Shown here: piece after piece, positions 32,225 to 42,821 of the stretch
How the letters are laid out: the number at the start of each line of letters is the position of its first letter
Position numbering within the stretch: the stretch's first letter is position 1
The notes under the pieces: generated by a model
Told to the model about the DNA's origin: nothing
Databases searched by the model: none
Seen by the model: the letters and a program-made list of their open reading frames with translations, nothing else
Position numbers and translations under genes: made by a program
Assembly (NCBI GenBank): GCA_040772365.1
Contig: JAXGYI010000006.1
Coordinates: forward strand, 4,014 to 68,013
From: Candidatus Moraniibacteriota bacterium
Lineage (GTDB): Bacteria; Patescibacteriota; Minisyncoccia; Moranbacterales; GCA-2747515
Length of the DNA: 64,000 nt
Direction: 5' to 3'

Positions 32225-33169
32225 TTGTACAAAAGCAATAATCTCGGTACAATAACATTGTGGCACTGTTTATGCCATTTTAGTATATTTACTAGGATTT
32301 TTATGGTGGATCATTTAGTGCAAATGCAACAGTGGATGCGACTACCGCGATTCTCGGATAACGTTGACCGCGATTCCATTTTGGCGCACATGCGGCGTAA
32401 TTGTGAAAATGATCGTAATATCATTAACAAAGCATTTCACCTGAAAAGTACGGGAGATGTGTGTGTGATGTTGCTTCATGGATGGACGTCGACCCCGTAC
32501 GAGATGCGTGTGCTTGGAAAAGAATTGCATGAGCAAGGTATTGCAGTAGATGCACCGCTGCTATCGGGACACGGTACACGACCACAAGATTTGGAGAATG
32601 TCACGTGGGATCAGTGGGTAGCAGATGCGGATCGTGCATATAAGCGTCTGCGCAGGCAATATGCACGCGTCTATGTTGGCGGGATGTCAATGGGTGGTAA
32701 TTTGGCGTTGCATGTGGCGCAGAGAAACCCTGATGCATGTGGGGTAATTCTCATGAGTACGCCGTATCGTATGCGATTTCAGACGGCTGGCATGATGGTT
32801 GCTTACATTACCAAGCGCTTCTTTTCGTACAAGAAAAAATACTATCCACGGTGGGCACAGAAGCAAGCAAGTATTACACAGATTATTTCCTACCAGAAGT
32901 ATCCTATCAACAGTGCATTTGAGGCATATGAGGCAATTCGCAATTCTTTTGATAGCATTGAGCAGGTACGTCAACCGGCATTTTTGATTCAGTCAACGAG
33001 TGATCACATTGTGGCACGGAACAGTATAGATAAAATCTACAGAGCAATCGGGTCGCGCCATAAGGAAATGCGCCTCATCAAGCATGCGAGTCATAATTTC
33101 ATGGGTAATGGTGCGCATGAAGATGTTTTTCAAGATGTTGTGCGATTTGTATTGAAGCGCGAATGCTAG
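32225..33169 (+). CDS. alpha/beta-hydrolase fold esterase/lipase
   Basis: 'VMLLHGWTSTP' and nucleophile elbow 'GGMSMGG'. The His is near the C-terminus. Confidence 0.7.
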   Translation: MYKSNNLGTITLWHCLCHFSIFTRIFMVDHLVQMQQWMRLPRFSDNVDRDSILAHMRRNCENDRNIINKAFHLKSTGDVCVMLLHGWTSTPYEMRVLGKELHEQGIAVDAPLLSGHGTRPQDLENVTWDQWVADADRAYKRLRRQYARVYVGGMSMGGNLALHVAQRNPDACGVILMSTPYRMRFQTAGMMVAYITKRFFSYKKKYYPRWAQKQASITQIISYQKYPINSAFEAYEAIRNSFDSIEQVRQPAFLIQSTSDHIVARNSIDKIYRAIGSRHKEMRLIKHASHNFMGNGAHEDVFQDVVRFVLKREC

Positions 33170-33209
33170 TGTTTTATCTGCGTCATGAACTGTTATACAA
33201 CAACGCCTT

Positions 33210-34382
33210 ATGCATGTCGCAATCTTTACCAATAATTACTTGCCAAATCCGTACGGTGTCAGCACATCCGTAGAGGGTTTTCGGTATGGTCTGAAGCAGG
33301 CAGGACATACGGTGACAATTTTTGCACCACAGTGGGATGGACATGAAAACGATGTTCCTGGTGTCCATCGCTATCCCGCTTTTGCGGTACCGACAAAAGT
33401 ACCATTTACACTTGCTTACCCGCACGCGCATGGTACATTGCACGACATACTTCACAGTACGCAATGGGATGTCACGCACGTGCAGCATCCATCACTGCTT
33501 GGTGCGGAGGGGCGTCGATGGGCGCAGCGCAAGAAGACACCGCTGGTTTTTACGTGGCATTCACTCTATGACCGCTATACACACTATGTGCCACTTGTGC
33601 CACATAGCCTTGCTGGTGCCGTGGCGATGAGGCATGCTGCGCGTTTTGCGCAGAAGTGCGATCATGTCATTGCGCCAACGCAATCCGTGGTGGATGTAAT
33701 GCGTGCGGCAGGTGTGACGCATGATCGTATCAGTGTGATTGCGTCGCCGGTGGATGCTGCGCTCTTTGCAGATGCTGATGGTGTTGCAATCCGCACGAAC
33801 TATGGCATTGCAGATACGGCAATGGTATTTGTGACAATTGCGCGACTGACGGAGGAGAAGAACGTACAATTTTTAATGCGTGCAATGGTACGGGTACTGG
33901 TCCAGATACCGCAGGCAGTTTTTCTCTTTTGCGGTGAGGGTGATCAGCGTGATGCACTGCAGAAAATTGCACACACACATGGTGTCAATGATCGCGTAAT
34001 CTTTCCTGGAAAAATACCGCGTGATGCAGTGCGGCATTACCTTGCAGCAGGTGATATCTTTGTCTATGGATCCACATCAGAAACGCAGGGAACAATTATT
34101 ACAGAAGCAATGTGGTGCGGTGTTCCTGTTGTTGCCGTGCGGTCAACAGGTATATGTGATGTGGTACGTGAGGGCGTGACCGGTGTATTGACAGAGGAGC
34201 ATGAGGACGCTTTTGCTTCTGCGGTGCATCAGCTAAGCCATGATCGACAAACACGTGTGCGCTATGGACAGCAAGCAGCAACAATTGCGCGAGATGCGTA
34301 TAGCATTACAGCATGTACGCAAAAACTCGTTGATGCCTACGCGCATGCGCTGGCATATTACCGTGAAGCTAATACACGATAA
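33210..34382 (+). CDS. GT4-family glycosyltransferase (group 1)
   Basis: 'MHVAIFTNNYLPNPYGVSTSVEGF' N-terminal GT4 fold and a C-terminal 'E...GTIITEAMWCGVPVVA' EX7E-like motif. Confidence 0.8.
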   Translation: MHVAIFTNNYLPNPYGVSTSVEGFRYGLKQAGHTVTIFAPQWDGHENDVPGVHRYPAFAVPTKVPFTLAYPHAHGTLHDILHSTQWDVTHVQHPSLLGAEGRRWAQRKKTPLVFTWHSLYDRYTHYVPLVPHSLAGAVAMRHAARFAQKCDHVIAPTQSVVDVMRAAGVTHDRISVIASPVDAALFADADGVAIRTNYGIADTAMVFVTIARLTEEKNVQFLMRAMVRVLVQIPQAVFLFCGEGDQRDALQKIAHTHGVNDRVIFPGKIPRDAVRHYLAAGDIFVYGSTSETQGTIITEAMWCGVPVVAVRSTGICDVVREGVTGVLTEEHEDAFASAVHQLSHDRQTRVRYGQQAATIARDAYSITACTQKLVDAYAHALAYYREANTR

Positions 34383-34391
34383 GCTTTGTGG

Positions 34392-36500
34392 TTATTCGTA
34401 ATGCGTGCGTGCAGCAAGTTCGTCTACAGCGTTACGTAAAACCGGATGCGCAGTCAAATGTGGATCATTTTCTAAAAGATTTTTTGCTTCGTCGCGCGTG
34501 ATAGTGATGAGTTTGGTGTTGGTGATGTTTTTCATGGCGCCGTCGGGAATGCCACTTTGGCGTGTACCAAGAAACTCACCAGGACCGCGCAATTGCAAGT
34601 CAATTTCCGCTAAGGCGAATCCATCAGCATGTTTAGTGAGTGCACGGAGACGTGGACTACGCACGTGTGCTGAAAAGAGGAAGCAGTAGGATTGATGATC
34701 GCCACGCCCGATGCGTCCGCGAAACTGGTGCAGTTGCGAGAGGCCGAAGCGTTCTGCATTTTCAATCACCATGACGGTAGCATTTGGCACATCCACACCC
34801 ACCTCCACAACAGATGTAGACACAAGAATATGAATACGGTTTTCGGAGAAATCTTTCATTAATTTTTCTTTTTCCTTGGGCTTGAGGCGACCGTGCATGA
34901 GACCAAGTGTATATGTGGGAAAAACATCACGCGTGAGCCGTTCGTATTCTTGTTTTGCTGCTTTGACATTTTTGAGCGTATCAGACTCTTCTACAAGTGG
35001 GAGGATGATGTAGGCTTGGCGACCGGCATCAATTTCACGTGCAATATGGATATATGCGTCTCCTTGTGCTGATGGCGGGATGATGCGTGTGATGATTTCT
35101 TTGCGATTACCAGGTTTTTCGTCCAAAACGGATACGTGTAAGTCACCAAAGAGCGCTAATGCAAAGGTGCGTGGGATGGGTGTTGCCGTCATAGTGAGGA
35201 GATGAGGTACGGTTGCTGGTGTTGCATCCGGTGCGGCAATGCTTTTTTGCGTGAGGGCGGCGCGTTGCGCAACGCCAAAACGATGCTGCTCATCTACAAT
35301 GATAAGTGCAAGATCATCAAAGACAATATCTTGCTGCAGGAGGGCATGTGTGCCGATGATCACGCGCGTGTGACCGGTGCGGATGCGTGCGCGCAGGGTA
35401 TCGCGCGTTGTGGTGTGGAGTAATGCGGGGTGTGTGCCGTGCGATTTATAGGCACTTGTCAGAAGTGCCACATCAATATCAAATGGTGCAAGTTGTGTGA
35501 CAAATGTAGAAAAATGCTGCTGCGCCAAAACTTCCGTTGGGGCGAGAATGGCAACTTGCTTGCCGCAATCGGCGACGGCAAGCGCAGCAATGAGTGCGAC
35601 CAGTGTTTTGCCAGCGCCGACGTCACCGTTGAGCAGGCGGTGCATTGGCAGGGGTTGCGCCATATCGGTGAGGATGCTGAATGCGCTTTTGCGTTGTGCG
35701 TCGGTTGGTGTGAATGGCAGTGTGGCGAGGAGCTTTTTGATGAGAGCATCATTGCGTGGAATGATGGGCGCGTGCTGTGCGGCAATCCGCGATCGTAGGC
35801 GCAGCATGAGTAGCTGTAATAGAAACATCTCTTCAAATATGAAGCGCTTGTGCGCCAGATGGTAGTCGGTCTCCGTGCGCGGATAGTGCATGAGTTTGAG
35901 GGCATGCATGCGTGTTGGTAAGTGTAATCGCGTGCGGATGTCGTCAGGGAGCGGATCGGGGATTGTGATGGCAGCATCTGCAAGGAGCATGTGAATTTGC
36001 CAGCGCAGCCACTTGGACGTGATGCCGGCTGTTTCGGGATAGGTGGGGACGAGGCGTCCCGTGCTTGTGGGTTCGCGCTGTGCGCGTTCAATGGCAGGTG
36101 CGGAGAGGTGTAGGCCATTTTGTTCGGAATAGGCGACTTTGCCACTGAGGCGGTAGAGCTGACCAATGCGCGTACTTGTGGCGATGAATGATTGATTGAA
36201 CCATATGGCAGAAATGCTTCCCGTGTCATCAGTGAGGGTGACGGTGGTGATGCTTAATTTGCGTCCGCGCAGGCGCTTAACGGCAACGTCGGTGACGGTG
36301 CCGACGACGGTGGCGTTGATATCAGCAGTAAGTTCGGCAACAGGATATATTGTTGCAAAATCTTCGTAGCGAAAGGGGAAGTGGTAGAGTAAATCACGGA
36401 CGGTGTCCAAACCCATTTTTGCAAGTCGCTTCGCATGGTGTGGTGTCACACGAGGGAGTTGTACAAGTGGTGTGGAAAGTGTAGTCATGGCTACTGTCAA
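34392..36500 (-). CDS. recG: ATP-dependent DNA helicase RecG
   Basis: Wedge domain, helicase motif I 'GDVGAGKTLVA', motif II 'DEQHRFG', and a C-terminal TRG region. Confidence 0.9.
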   Translation of the reverse strand: MTVAMTTLSTPLVQLPRVTPHHAKRLAKMGLDTVRDLLYHFPFRYEDFATIYPVAELTADINATVVGTVTDVAVKRLRGRKLSITTVTLTDDTGSISAIWFNQSFIATSTRIGQLYRLSGKVAYSEQNGLHLSAPAIERAQREPTSTGRLVPTYPETAGITSKWLRWQIHMLLADAAITIPDPLPDDIRTRLHLPTRMHALKLMHYPRTETDYHLAHKRFIFEEMFLLQLLMLRLRSRIAAQHAPIIPRNDALIKKLLATLPFTPTDAQRKSAFSILTDMAQPLPMHRLLNGDVGAGKTLVALIAALAVADCGKQVAILAPTEVLAQQHFSTFVTQLAPFDIDVALLTSAYKSHGTHPALLHTTTRDTLRARIRTGHTRVIIGTHALLQQDIVFDDLALIIVDEQHRFGVAQRAALTQKSIAAPDATPATVPHLLTMTATPIPRTFALALFGDLHVSVLDEKPGNRKEIITRIIPPSAQGDAYIHIAREIDAGRQAYIILPLVEESDTLKNVKAAKQEYERLTRDVFPTYTLGLMHGRLKPKEKEKLMKDFSENRIHILVSTSVVEVGVDVPNATVMVIENAERFGLSQLHQFRGRIGRGDHQSYCFLFSAHVRSPRLRALTKHADGFALAEIDLQLRGPGEFLGTRQSGIPDGAMKNITNTKLITITRDEAKNLLENDPHLTAHPVLRNAVDELAARTHYE

Positions 36501-36587
36501 TCAAAAACATCGTCGGAACAAATCCGACGATGTTAGTATAACATAAATAAAGAACGCGCAAGCCGGCGAGGCGGCTTGCGCGGGGTC

Positions 36588-36944
36588 TCACATAACATAA
36601 TAGTATTTTGCCCTGCATGCAGGGCAAAGGGGCTCTTGGCACGTGATTATGTCACGTATTAGTAGTGGTGTGCCACACGTACATGCCCAGTCTGCAGTCA
36701 TTGGATTTTCGCATGCGATCATGGCTTTTTCGCACGCCTGTATCCACATGCGCGCCTTCTCTGCTTGGTCTTTTATCTCTGGACATTTACATCCAAAGGC
36801 ACCGTTGCATCTATCAATGGTTGCTTGGTGCATATTTTGTAGAACGCGTAGCTCCTCGTAGATATATTCAAAAATGGATTTTTTTGGGTCATAGTCTTCG
36901 GGCATGCTTTCTACGGGGAAGTGCATCATGACGGTTTGTGGCAT
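36588..36944 (-). CDS. hypothetical Cys-rich small protein (possible zinc-binding)
   Basis: 118 aa with about 10 Cys including CxxC pairs. 87 nt upstream of recG on the same strand. Confidence 0.35.
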   Translation of the reverse strand: MPQTVMMHFPVESMPEDYDPKKSIFEYIYEELRVLQNMHQATIDRCNGAFGCKCPEIKDQAEKARMWIQACEKAMIACENPMTADWACTCGTPLLIRDIITCQEPLCPACRAKYYYVM

Positions 36945-37288
36945 GGGGTGCTCCTTTAGCGTTGAGGTTGAATTTTACCTACCCTTTTAATTTTTTAAAG
37001 AATTTTCAATGTATAAGATTTTATAGCACAAAAAATAGAATCAGTCAAATTTTACGTGCCATTATTTCATCGCACGGCATAGGTTTTTTTGCTGCGGTAG
37101 AGTATACTAAAATGGTAAAGAGCATGGGATTATTGTATGACAATGGAAAAATGGACGCCGTTGGAACGAGAGGAAGTATATCTTGTGCCACTGGAAGAAT
37201 TTAAAACACTTGTGCGCCGTGGCAATACAATGACGGATGTGGATGCTGCGCTTCTGGGCTTAGCTGCGTTTGGGCTATTGTAATTTTT

Positions 37289-39847
37289 TTGATCATGTCA
37301 AAACAACAACCTCTTCCACAAGGACTCACAATGGCGCAGGTGCGCGCAGCACATCAGGTGCATGGATACAATGAACTACCAGCGCAGCGTCGAGAAGGCG
37401 TGTTGCGGATTTTGTGGAGCGTAATCAGTAGCCCGATGATTGTGCTCCTGCTTGTTGCCGGGTCGATCTATTGGTTTTTGGGGGAGAGGATGGACGCAGG
37501 TGCGCTCCTACTCTTTGTGTTTGTGGTGATTGGCATTACGTTCTATCAACAACGCAAGACCACACGTGCATTGGATGCGTTGAAAGTATTAGCGAGTGGC
37601 ACGGCGCGTGTGGTGCGTGACGGTGTGGAGGTGCGTGTGCCGGTACGCGATATTGTCCCCGGCGACATCGTCATGATTGTAGAAGGTGATCGTGTGCCGG
37701 CGGATGGCGTTGTAGTGGATATGATGTCACTAATGGTTGAGGAGTCCATCATAACCGGTGAATCGCTTGCTGTTAGCAAACGGGTGGGACACCAGGATGA
37801 AGCGTGTGACGTGCCAGGTGGCGACGCTCAAGGATGTGTGTTTTCTGGAACGATGGTAACGCAGGGACATGCGACGATACGCGTAACGGCAACTGGAGAG
37901 AAAACGCACATTGGTGCAATCGGATCCTCGCTAGCGACAATTCGTCAGGAGCGTCCGCTTTTAACCAAAGAGGTCGCGCGGTTGGTGCGCGTTGTCGCGA
38001 TGATGAGTATTGTTTTGTGCGGCGCGGTTATTGCAGTATATGGTTTTTGGTGGGGTGATTGGATGCAAGGGATATTGAGCGGATTGTCACTCAGTATGGC
38101 GTTGCTGCCAGAAGAGTTTAGTGTAGTACTAACAGTGTTTCTTGCTATTGGGGCGTGGCGTATGTCGACGAAAAATGTTTTATTACGTAATACGGCGGCA
38201 ATTGAAACGTTGGGCGCGGCAAATGTGTTGTGTGTGGACAAGACGGGAACATTGACACAGAATGTTATGCAGTTGCGCGCCGTTCTGCATAACGAGGTGC
38301 TCCGTATGTATGATGCTGCAACGCCACTGCAAGCAGGAGATCAGCAGTTAATTGAGATTGCGGCACTAGCGAGTCAGGAATCACCATTTGATCCTTTGGA
38401 GCGGGGCATTGTAGATGTCATAACGTCACGCGCGGAGTTTGCAACATATACACAGACGCAAAAAACCATTGTGCGTGAGTACCCACTGTCAGATGCCATG
38501 TTGGCTGTGGCGCGTGCGTGGAGTGGCATAGACGATGATGGGTGCATCATTGCAGTCAAAGGTGCGCCAGAGGCGATTGCGGATCTGTGCCACATGGACG
38601 ATTCTTCCATGAGGGGGTTACGCAGGAATAGTGATGTGCTGTCACAGCGTGGGTGGCGTGTTTTGGGCGTTGCTGCTGCACGAGCATCGCATGCGAAAGT
38701 GCAGCGTACGGACAATGTGCATGACTATCACTTTACATTTATGGGATTTTTGGCATTTGCCGATCCTGTGCGCGATGACGCAGCAGCAACAGTTGCAGAG
38801 TGTGCACGCGCCGGTGTAGATGTGGTGATGATTACAGGGGATTACCCTGGCACAGCACAGACAATTGCACGTGAGGTTGGACTGCGTGATTCACGCGTGG
38901 TGCTGACCGGTGCGGATATTGCAGCATGTGATCCCGCGGTGTTGCGCACACGTGTTCGCGATGTCTCAGTGTTTGCGCGGGTTGTGCCACAGCAAAAATT
39001 GGAAATCGTGAATGCGCTCAAGGACAATGGCGCTGTAGTAGCAATGACGGGTGATGGCGTGAATGATGCACCGGCTCTGGCGGCGGCACACGTGGGGATT
39101 GCCATGGGTGGGCGTGGGACGGATATTGCGCGCGAAGCAGCGGATATTGTGTTGCTGGATGATCGTTTTACATCAATCGTTGCTGGTATACGCCTAGGGC
39201 GTCGAATCTATGATAATATCAAAAAAGCAGTAAGCTACATTGTTTCTGTACACGTGCCGATTGCTGGCGTGGCTTTTTTGCCGGTTGTTTTGCATGTGTC
39301 GCCAATGCTGATGCCAGTACATATTGCTTTTCTAGAGCTCATTATTGACCCCGCATGCTCTTTGGTGTTTGAATCTCAGCCAGCTGACAAGGGCATGATG
39401 CGTCGCCCGCCCCGATCATTGCGTCAGTCACTTTTTTCTGGACGCATGTTCGTGCGCAGTATCGTGGAGGGTCTTGGTGTACTCAGTGCAGTTGTTGTGG
39501 TTTTTTTATGGGGGATGCGTGATGGTTTTGATGCTGCTGTGATACGTGGGTTAACATTTATTGCACTTGTCGTAGGTAATGTCGCACTGATTTTCGTCAA
39601 TGTGTCTGCACGTGGCACGGCTACTGTTACGGGTAATCGCATGTTGTGGTGGATTACTGGCGGGGCGATGGCGGCACTGTGGGGTATTTTCGCCATACCG
39701 TTTTTACGGACTGTGTTCCATGTCGCACCACCACCCCTGTGGCATAGTGTGATGGCAATCGTCGTAACATTGTCCGCGGTTGTGGTGGTGAGCAGCTTTG
39801 GACGTGTGATACACGCGATTGCTGCGCGGCGACAAAAGATATCATAA
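37289..39847 (+). CDS. P-type cation-transporting ATPase (type II, Ca2+/Mg2+-like)
   Basis: Phosphorylation site 'CVDKTGTLTQN', 'TGES' actuator motif and hinge 'TGDGVNDAPAL'. 10 TM helices. Confidence 0.9.
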   Translation: MIMSKQQPLPQGLTMAQVRAAHQVHGYNELPAQRREGVLRILWSVISSPMIVLLLVAGSIYWFLGERMDAGALLLFVFVVIGITFYQQRKTTRALDALKVLASGTARVVRDGVEVRVPVRDIVPGDIVMIVEGDRVPADGVVVDMMSLMVEESIITGESLAVSKRVGHQDEACDVPGGDAQGCVFSGTMVTQGHATIRVTATGEKTHIGAIGSSLATIRQERPLLTKEVARLVRVVAMMSIVLCGAVIAVYGFWWGDWMQGILSGLSLSMALLPEEFSVVLTVFLAIGAWRMSTKNVLLRNTAAIETLGAANVLCVDKTGTLTQNVMQLRAVLHNEVLRMYDAATPLQAGDQQLIEIAALASQESPFDPLERGIVDVITSRAEFATYTQTQKTIVREYPLSDAMLAVARAWSGIDDDGCIIAVKGAPEAIADLCHMDDSSMRGLRRNSDVLSQRGWRVLGVAAARASHAKVQRTDNVHDYHFTFMGFLAFADPVRDDAAATVAECARAGVDVVMITGDYPGTAQTIAREVGLRDSRVVLTGADIAACDPAVLRTRVRDVSVFARVVPQQKLEIVNALKDNGAVVAMTGDGVNDAPALAAAHVGIAMGGRGTDIAREAADIVLLDDRFTSIVAGIRLGRRIYDNIKKAVSYIVSVHVPIAGVAFLPVVLHVSPMLMPVHIAFLELIIDPACSLVFESQPADKGMMRRPPRSLRQSLFSGRMFVRSIVEGLGVLSAVVVVFLWGMRDGFDAAVIRGLTFIALVVGNVALIFVNVSARGTATVTGNRMLWWITGGAMAALWGIFAIPFLRTVFHVAPPPLWHSVMAIVVTLSAVVVVSSFGRVIHAIAARRQKIS

Positions 39848-39935
39848 ATATACACAGATATTTGCTGGATATTTATGATGGCGGTGTGTCTATGTTATAC
39901 TGTGTGTAGGGTAATCATATAAACATATAAGCACT

Positions 39936-40184
39936 ATGATGTCATGGATTATTTTTCTCGTCTTTGGTGGCGTGGTCGGTTGGGTTGCTTCACTGATCAT
40001 GCACACAGATGGGCAACAAGGGATTATTCTCAATGTGATTGTCGGCATTGTCGGTGCCATGATCGGTAACTGGATTGCGGCACAAATGGGTCTTGCAACA
40101 GGCACACCGTATAGCATCATGAGCTTTGCTGTGGCGCTTTTCGGTGCAGTCATTCTTATCGCTGTGATCAAGGTCATTCGTTAG
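39936..40184 (+). CDS. GlsB/YeaQ/YmgE family (transglycosylase-associated) small membrane protein
   Basis: 82 aa, 'FGGVVGWVASLIMHTDGQQGIILNVIVGIVGAMIGNWIA'. Confidence 0.7.
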   Translation: MMSWIIFLVFGGVVGWVASLIMHTDGQQGIILNVIVGIVGAMIGNWIAAQMGLATGTPYSIMSFAVALFGAVILIAVIKVIR

Positions 40185-40337
40185 GAGGAGAATGTAGATG
40201 CGCATGCCGCAATACTCGCCACAGTGCGGGGGTTGTGGCTTTTTATTGTGCGTGGTTGACAATGCGGCAATGTAGTTTATAGTGTGTGCATAGTGTTCTT
40301 CGACAATATAATAACAATCAACAAAAAGGAGGCTGTG

Positions 40338-41426
40338 ATGGCCCTTGCAAAAGAAAAGCACATCATTGTCATTTTGGCAGGTGGTGGCGGTAGTCGATTG
40401 GTTCCAATTTATAGCGAACATCGACCGAAGCAATTTCATGATATCTTTAATACAGGTCGAACATTACTCCAAGCGACATTTCTCAGGTGTTTGCGTTCGG
40501 CGGACTGCAGTGAGATTTACATTGCAACAACTGAAGGATTCCAGCAGATGACCATTGATCAACTGCATGAGATTGTCACTCAGGAGATGGGGATGCTGCC
40601 CGAAGACGCAATGCGTTATGTTGCGGATCACCTGATTGTGGATCCTGCACGGCGCGATACGGCAGCAGCGATCGTGTACGCAACGCAAGTACTCTATGAT
40701 CGCTACAGTCAAGATGTGTTGACATTTGTACCGGCAGATCAGTTTTTTCTGCGTGAAGATAGTATAGAGTATTTTCAAATGCTCAAGATTCTTTATAATA
40801 CGGTACAGCGCGACTATGATGTGATTGCTCTTGCTGGAGTGCCTTCTCAATATACATTTAATGATGCACTTGGACATCTCATCAGTGCGGGTGTAGATCA
40901 TTACCCAGTCTTTCATGTAGAGCAATTCGTAGAGAAGCCCACGCGGGAGGCGTTTGATACGATGGTATACGAAGGATCTGGTGAGGTGCGCTGCAGTCTT
41001 GGCATCATCACGTGTTGCCCGGGCACACTATTGGATTTGGCACAAGAATATCTCCCTGCAATCCATCGTGTGATTGCAGCAGATGAGATTTCTACAGAGG
41101 CCTATCAGAAGCTCCGCACCACTTCTATTGGGCATGCGCTGCTGAGTCAAGAAGATGTGTGGCCATCGCTGCGTGTGGTGCATTGCAATATCGGCCCATG
41201 GGCCGATCTTGGCACGGCGGAACAGATCTATAAGTTTGCCATCACGCATCTGCGCAAACAAGGCACGGAAAACGTCTCTATCGGATCTGTGCCCGCAAAA
41301 TTCGTACGGTGCAAAAGGTGTGTCGTGATTAGTGATGGGGCATGCTCCGTCTCTATGCGGGACGCGTGGAACACTTTGCAGATTGTGCATGGGGGTACTG
41401 TGCACACGATGCGTATGATGATATAG
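40338..41426 (+). CDS. sugar-phosphate nucleotidyltransferase (mannose-1-phosphate guanylyltransferase-like)
   Basis: 'IVILAGGGGSRLVPIYSEHRPKQF' nucleotide-binding loop. The start at 40338 has a strong SD (AAAGGAGG, 5-nt spacer). Confidence 0.6.
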   Translation: MALAKEKHIIVILAGGGGSRLVPIYSEHRPKQFHDIFNTGRTLLQATFLRCLRSADCSEIYIATTEGFQQMTIDQLHEIVTQEMGMLPEDAMRYVADHLIVDPARRDTAAAIVYATQVLYDRYSQDVLTFVPADQFFLREDSIEYFQMLKILYNTVQRDYDVIALAGVPSQYTFNDALGHLISAGVDHYPVFHVEQFVEKPTREAFDTMVYEGSGEVRCSLGIITCCPGTLLDLAQEYLPAIHRVIAADEISTEAYQKLRTTSIGHALLSQEDVWPSLRVVHCNIGPWADLGTAEQIYKFAITHLRKQGTENVSIGSVPAKFVRCKRCVVISDGACSVSMRDAWNTLQIVHGGTVHTMRMMI

Positions 41427-41825
41427 TAGTTTTTAACTGCAGCTGCCTTGAGCACATCTCACGGCAGCTGTTTTTTGTTTACGGTATGTCGTGTCGCGTG
41501 CGATGCGCAATATAAATCTATGAAAAACAAAAAAAGCTACATCCAGATGAATTTGAGCTAGAATGCACAGCAGTGTGGGCTTTCCCACGTCGCGGGAATT
41601 GGGCGACTCACAAATCAGACTGGCGAGGAAATTGGTCGCCGGAATCAGTTGTTCCGATTACGTTACCGTGCGATAGCAACTCAAAATACAAGTTTTATAC
41701 TTTGATGATAGTGGATTTATTGACTTTCAACACATCGCGCTGTTGCCAAAAGGTGTGTGGTAATGCTATGCTTGATGGGCTTTCCGTGCGCGGAGAGTGG
41801 TGCGATGATGCATGATACGCAGGGG

Positions 41826-41914
41826 GGAGAGGTGCCAGAGTGGTCGAATGGGACTGACTCGAAATCAGTTGTCTGTTCTTGAATGGACCGTGGGTTCGAA
41901 TCCCACCCTCTCCG
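41826..41914 (+). tRNA. tRNA-Ser (anticodon CGA)
   Basis: Acceptor GGAGAGG/CCTCTCC, anticodon stem ACTGA/TCAGT with loop CTCGAAA, a long variable arm, T-loop GGTTCGAAT. Confidence 0.9.
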
Positions 41915-41968
41915 CACAAAGCTCATAAGGTAGAGTAAGACCCAGGGTCTTCGCAAAATGAGCAATCT

Positions 41969-41994
41969 AAAACCGCCATGAATTTGGCGGTTTT
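41969..41994. terminator. bidirectional intrinsic terminator
   Basis: AAAACCGCCA-tgaattt-GGCGGTTTT: a 9-bp GC-rich stem with A/T runs on both sides. Sits between tRNA-Ser(+) and a minus-strand gene. Confidence 0.6.
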
Positions 41995-42017
41995 AGTGTG
42001 TCTATATTTTTGTTTTT

Positions 42018-42821
42018 TTACTTGCAGTCGCTGCTTATGAACTTGCCCCAAGTCCTTTGACTTAGTGATCCAGTTTCATCTTCATTAGGTGCGACTTGCA
42101 TCATTACTTTCCAGAATCCAGTTGGTCCTGCCATAGCTGGACTCCAGTCCATTTTAGCTCCATCTTCAGATCCTAAGCTTACTCTAAGATTTCCCCATGA
42201 TGTGAAGAGTACTCTTGATACCTTATCTTTAATTGAGCTGTCAGAATATACAGCTTTCATAATCTGGAATGAAACTATCTTCGCACTATCGCAATTTGGA
42301 AGTGCTCCATTGCCAGCATTTACGATAACCTCGTAAGGCGGAGGCGTGGTTGATTTTGCAAAATTACTTTTTGAATCCCAGATAGTGATCTCAAATTTAT
42401 CACTTATTTGTTTAATATTGCTTTCTATTTTTGCAATAGGGTCAGTTTTCTCTTCTTCAGTTTTAGTTGGGGTTTCAGTTACAGGCGCAGGTTGAGGTTC
42501 TGCTTGAGTTGCTACAGCTTGCGGTTCTTCAGTTTTCTGCGGTTCTGGTTGCGGCTGCTTGTTTTCTGTTACAGTAACCTTATTTTCAACTGGCGCAGAT
42601 TTGTTTTCAGATTTATTTCCTCCATAAATAAATATGGCAAGAATGATTACTCCAATAATTGCAAAGCCTTGCTTTTCTTTACTCCAAGTTGTTTTATGGG
42701 TTATATACCACATGGCAAACAGTGGCCATATTAGCAAGGCAATTATGATGCCCCACCATTTTTTATACCATTCTTTTTGAGCATTTTGAGTCTGCTCAAC
42801 AGACTTTGTTTCTTTTTCCAT
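42018..42821 (-). CDS. hypothetical membrane-anchored protein with Pro/Glu/Thr-rich linker
   Basis: N-terminal TM helices, 'PQPEPQKTEEPQAVATQAEPQPAPVTETPTKTEE' linker, C-terminal globular domain. Confidence 0.4.
   Translation of the reverse strand: MEKETKSVEQTQNAQKEWYKKWWGIIIALLIWPLFAMWYITHKTTWSKEKQGFAIIGVIILAIFIYGGNKSENKSAPVENKVTVTENKQPQPEPQKTEEPQAVATQAEPQPAPVTETPTKTEEEKTDPIAKIESNIKQISDKFEITIWDSKSNFAKSTTPPPYEVIVNAGNGALPNCDSAKIVSFQIMKAVYSDSSIKDKVSRVLFTSWGNLRVSLGSEDGAKMDWSPAMAGPTGFWKVMMQVAPNEDETGSLSQRTWGKFISSDCK

Noticed and set aside
35459-36229. 256-aa minus-strand ORF and several plus-strand ORFs inside recG
   Set aside because: Alternative-frame or antisense ORFs within a gene with clear helicase motifs; no motifs of their own.
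36610-36625. Perfect palindrome GCCCTGCATGCAGGGC that looks like a terminator stem
   Set aside because: It lies inside the minus-strand 118-aa ORF and encodes its C-terminal CPAC motif. There is no T-run on either side.
40324-40342. Identical 19-nt translation-initiation region AAAAGGAGGCTGTGATGGC at the nucleotidyltransferase gene and again at the RNHCP gene (53375-53393)
   Set aside because: Most parsimoniously a coincidence of a consensus SD, a 5-nt spacer and ATGGC. There is no extended flanking similarity indicating duplication.
41695-41965. Minus-strand ORFs (74 and 82 aa) overlapping tRNA-Ser(CGA)
   Set aside because: They overlap a well-folded tRNA gene and a terminator, so they are spurious.
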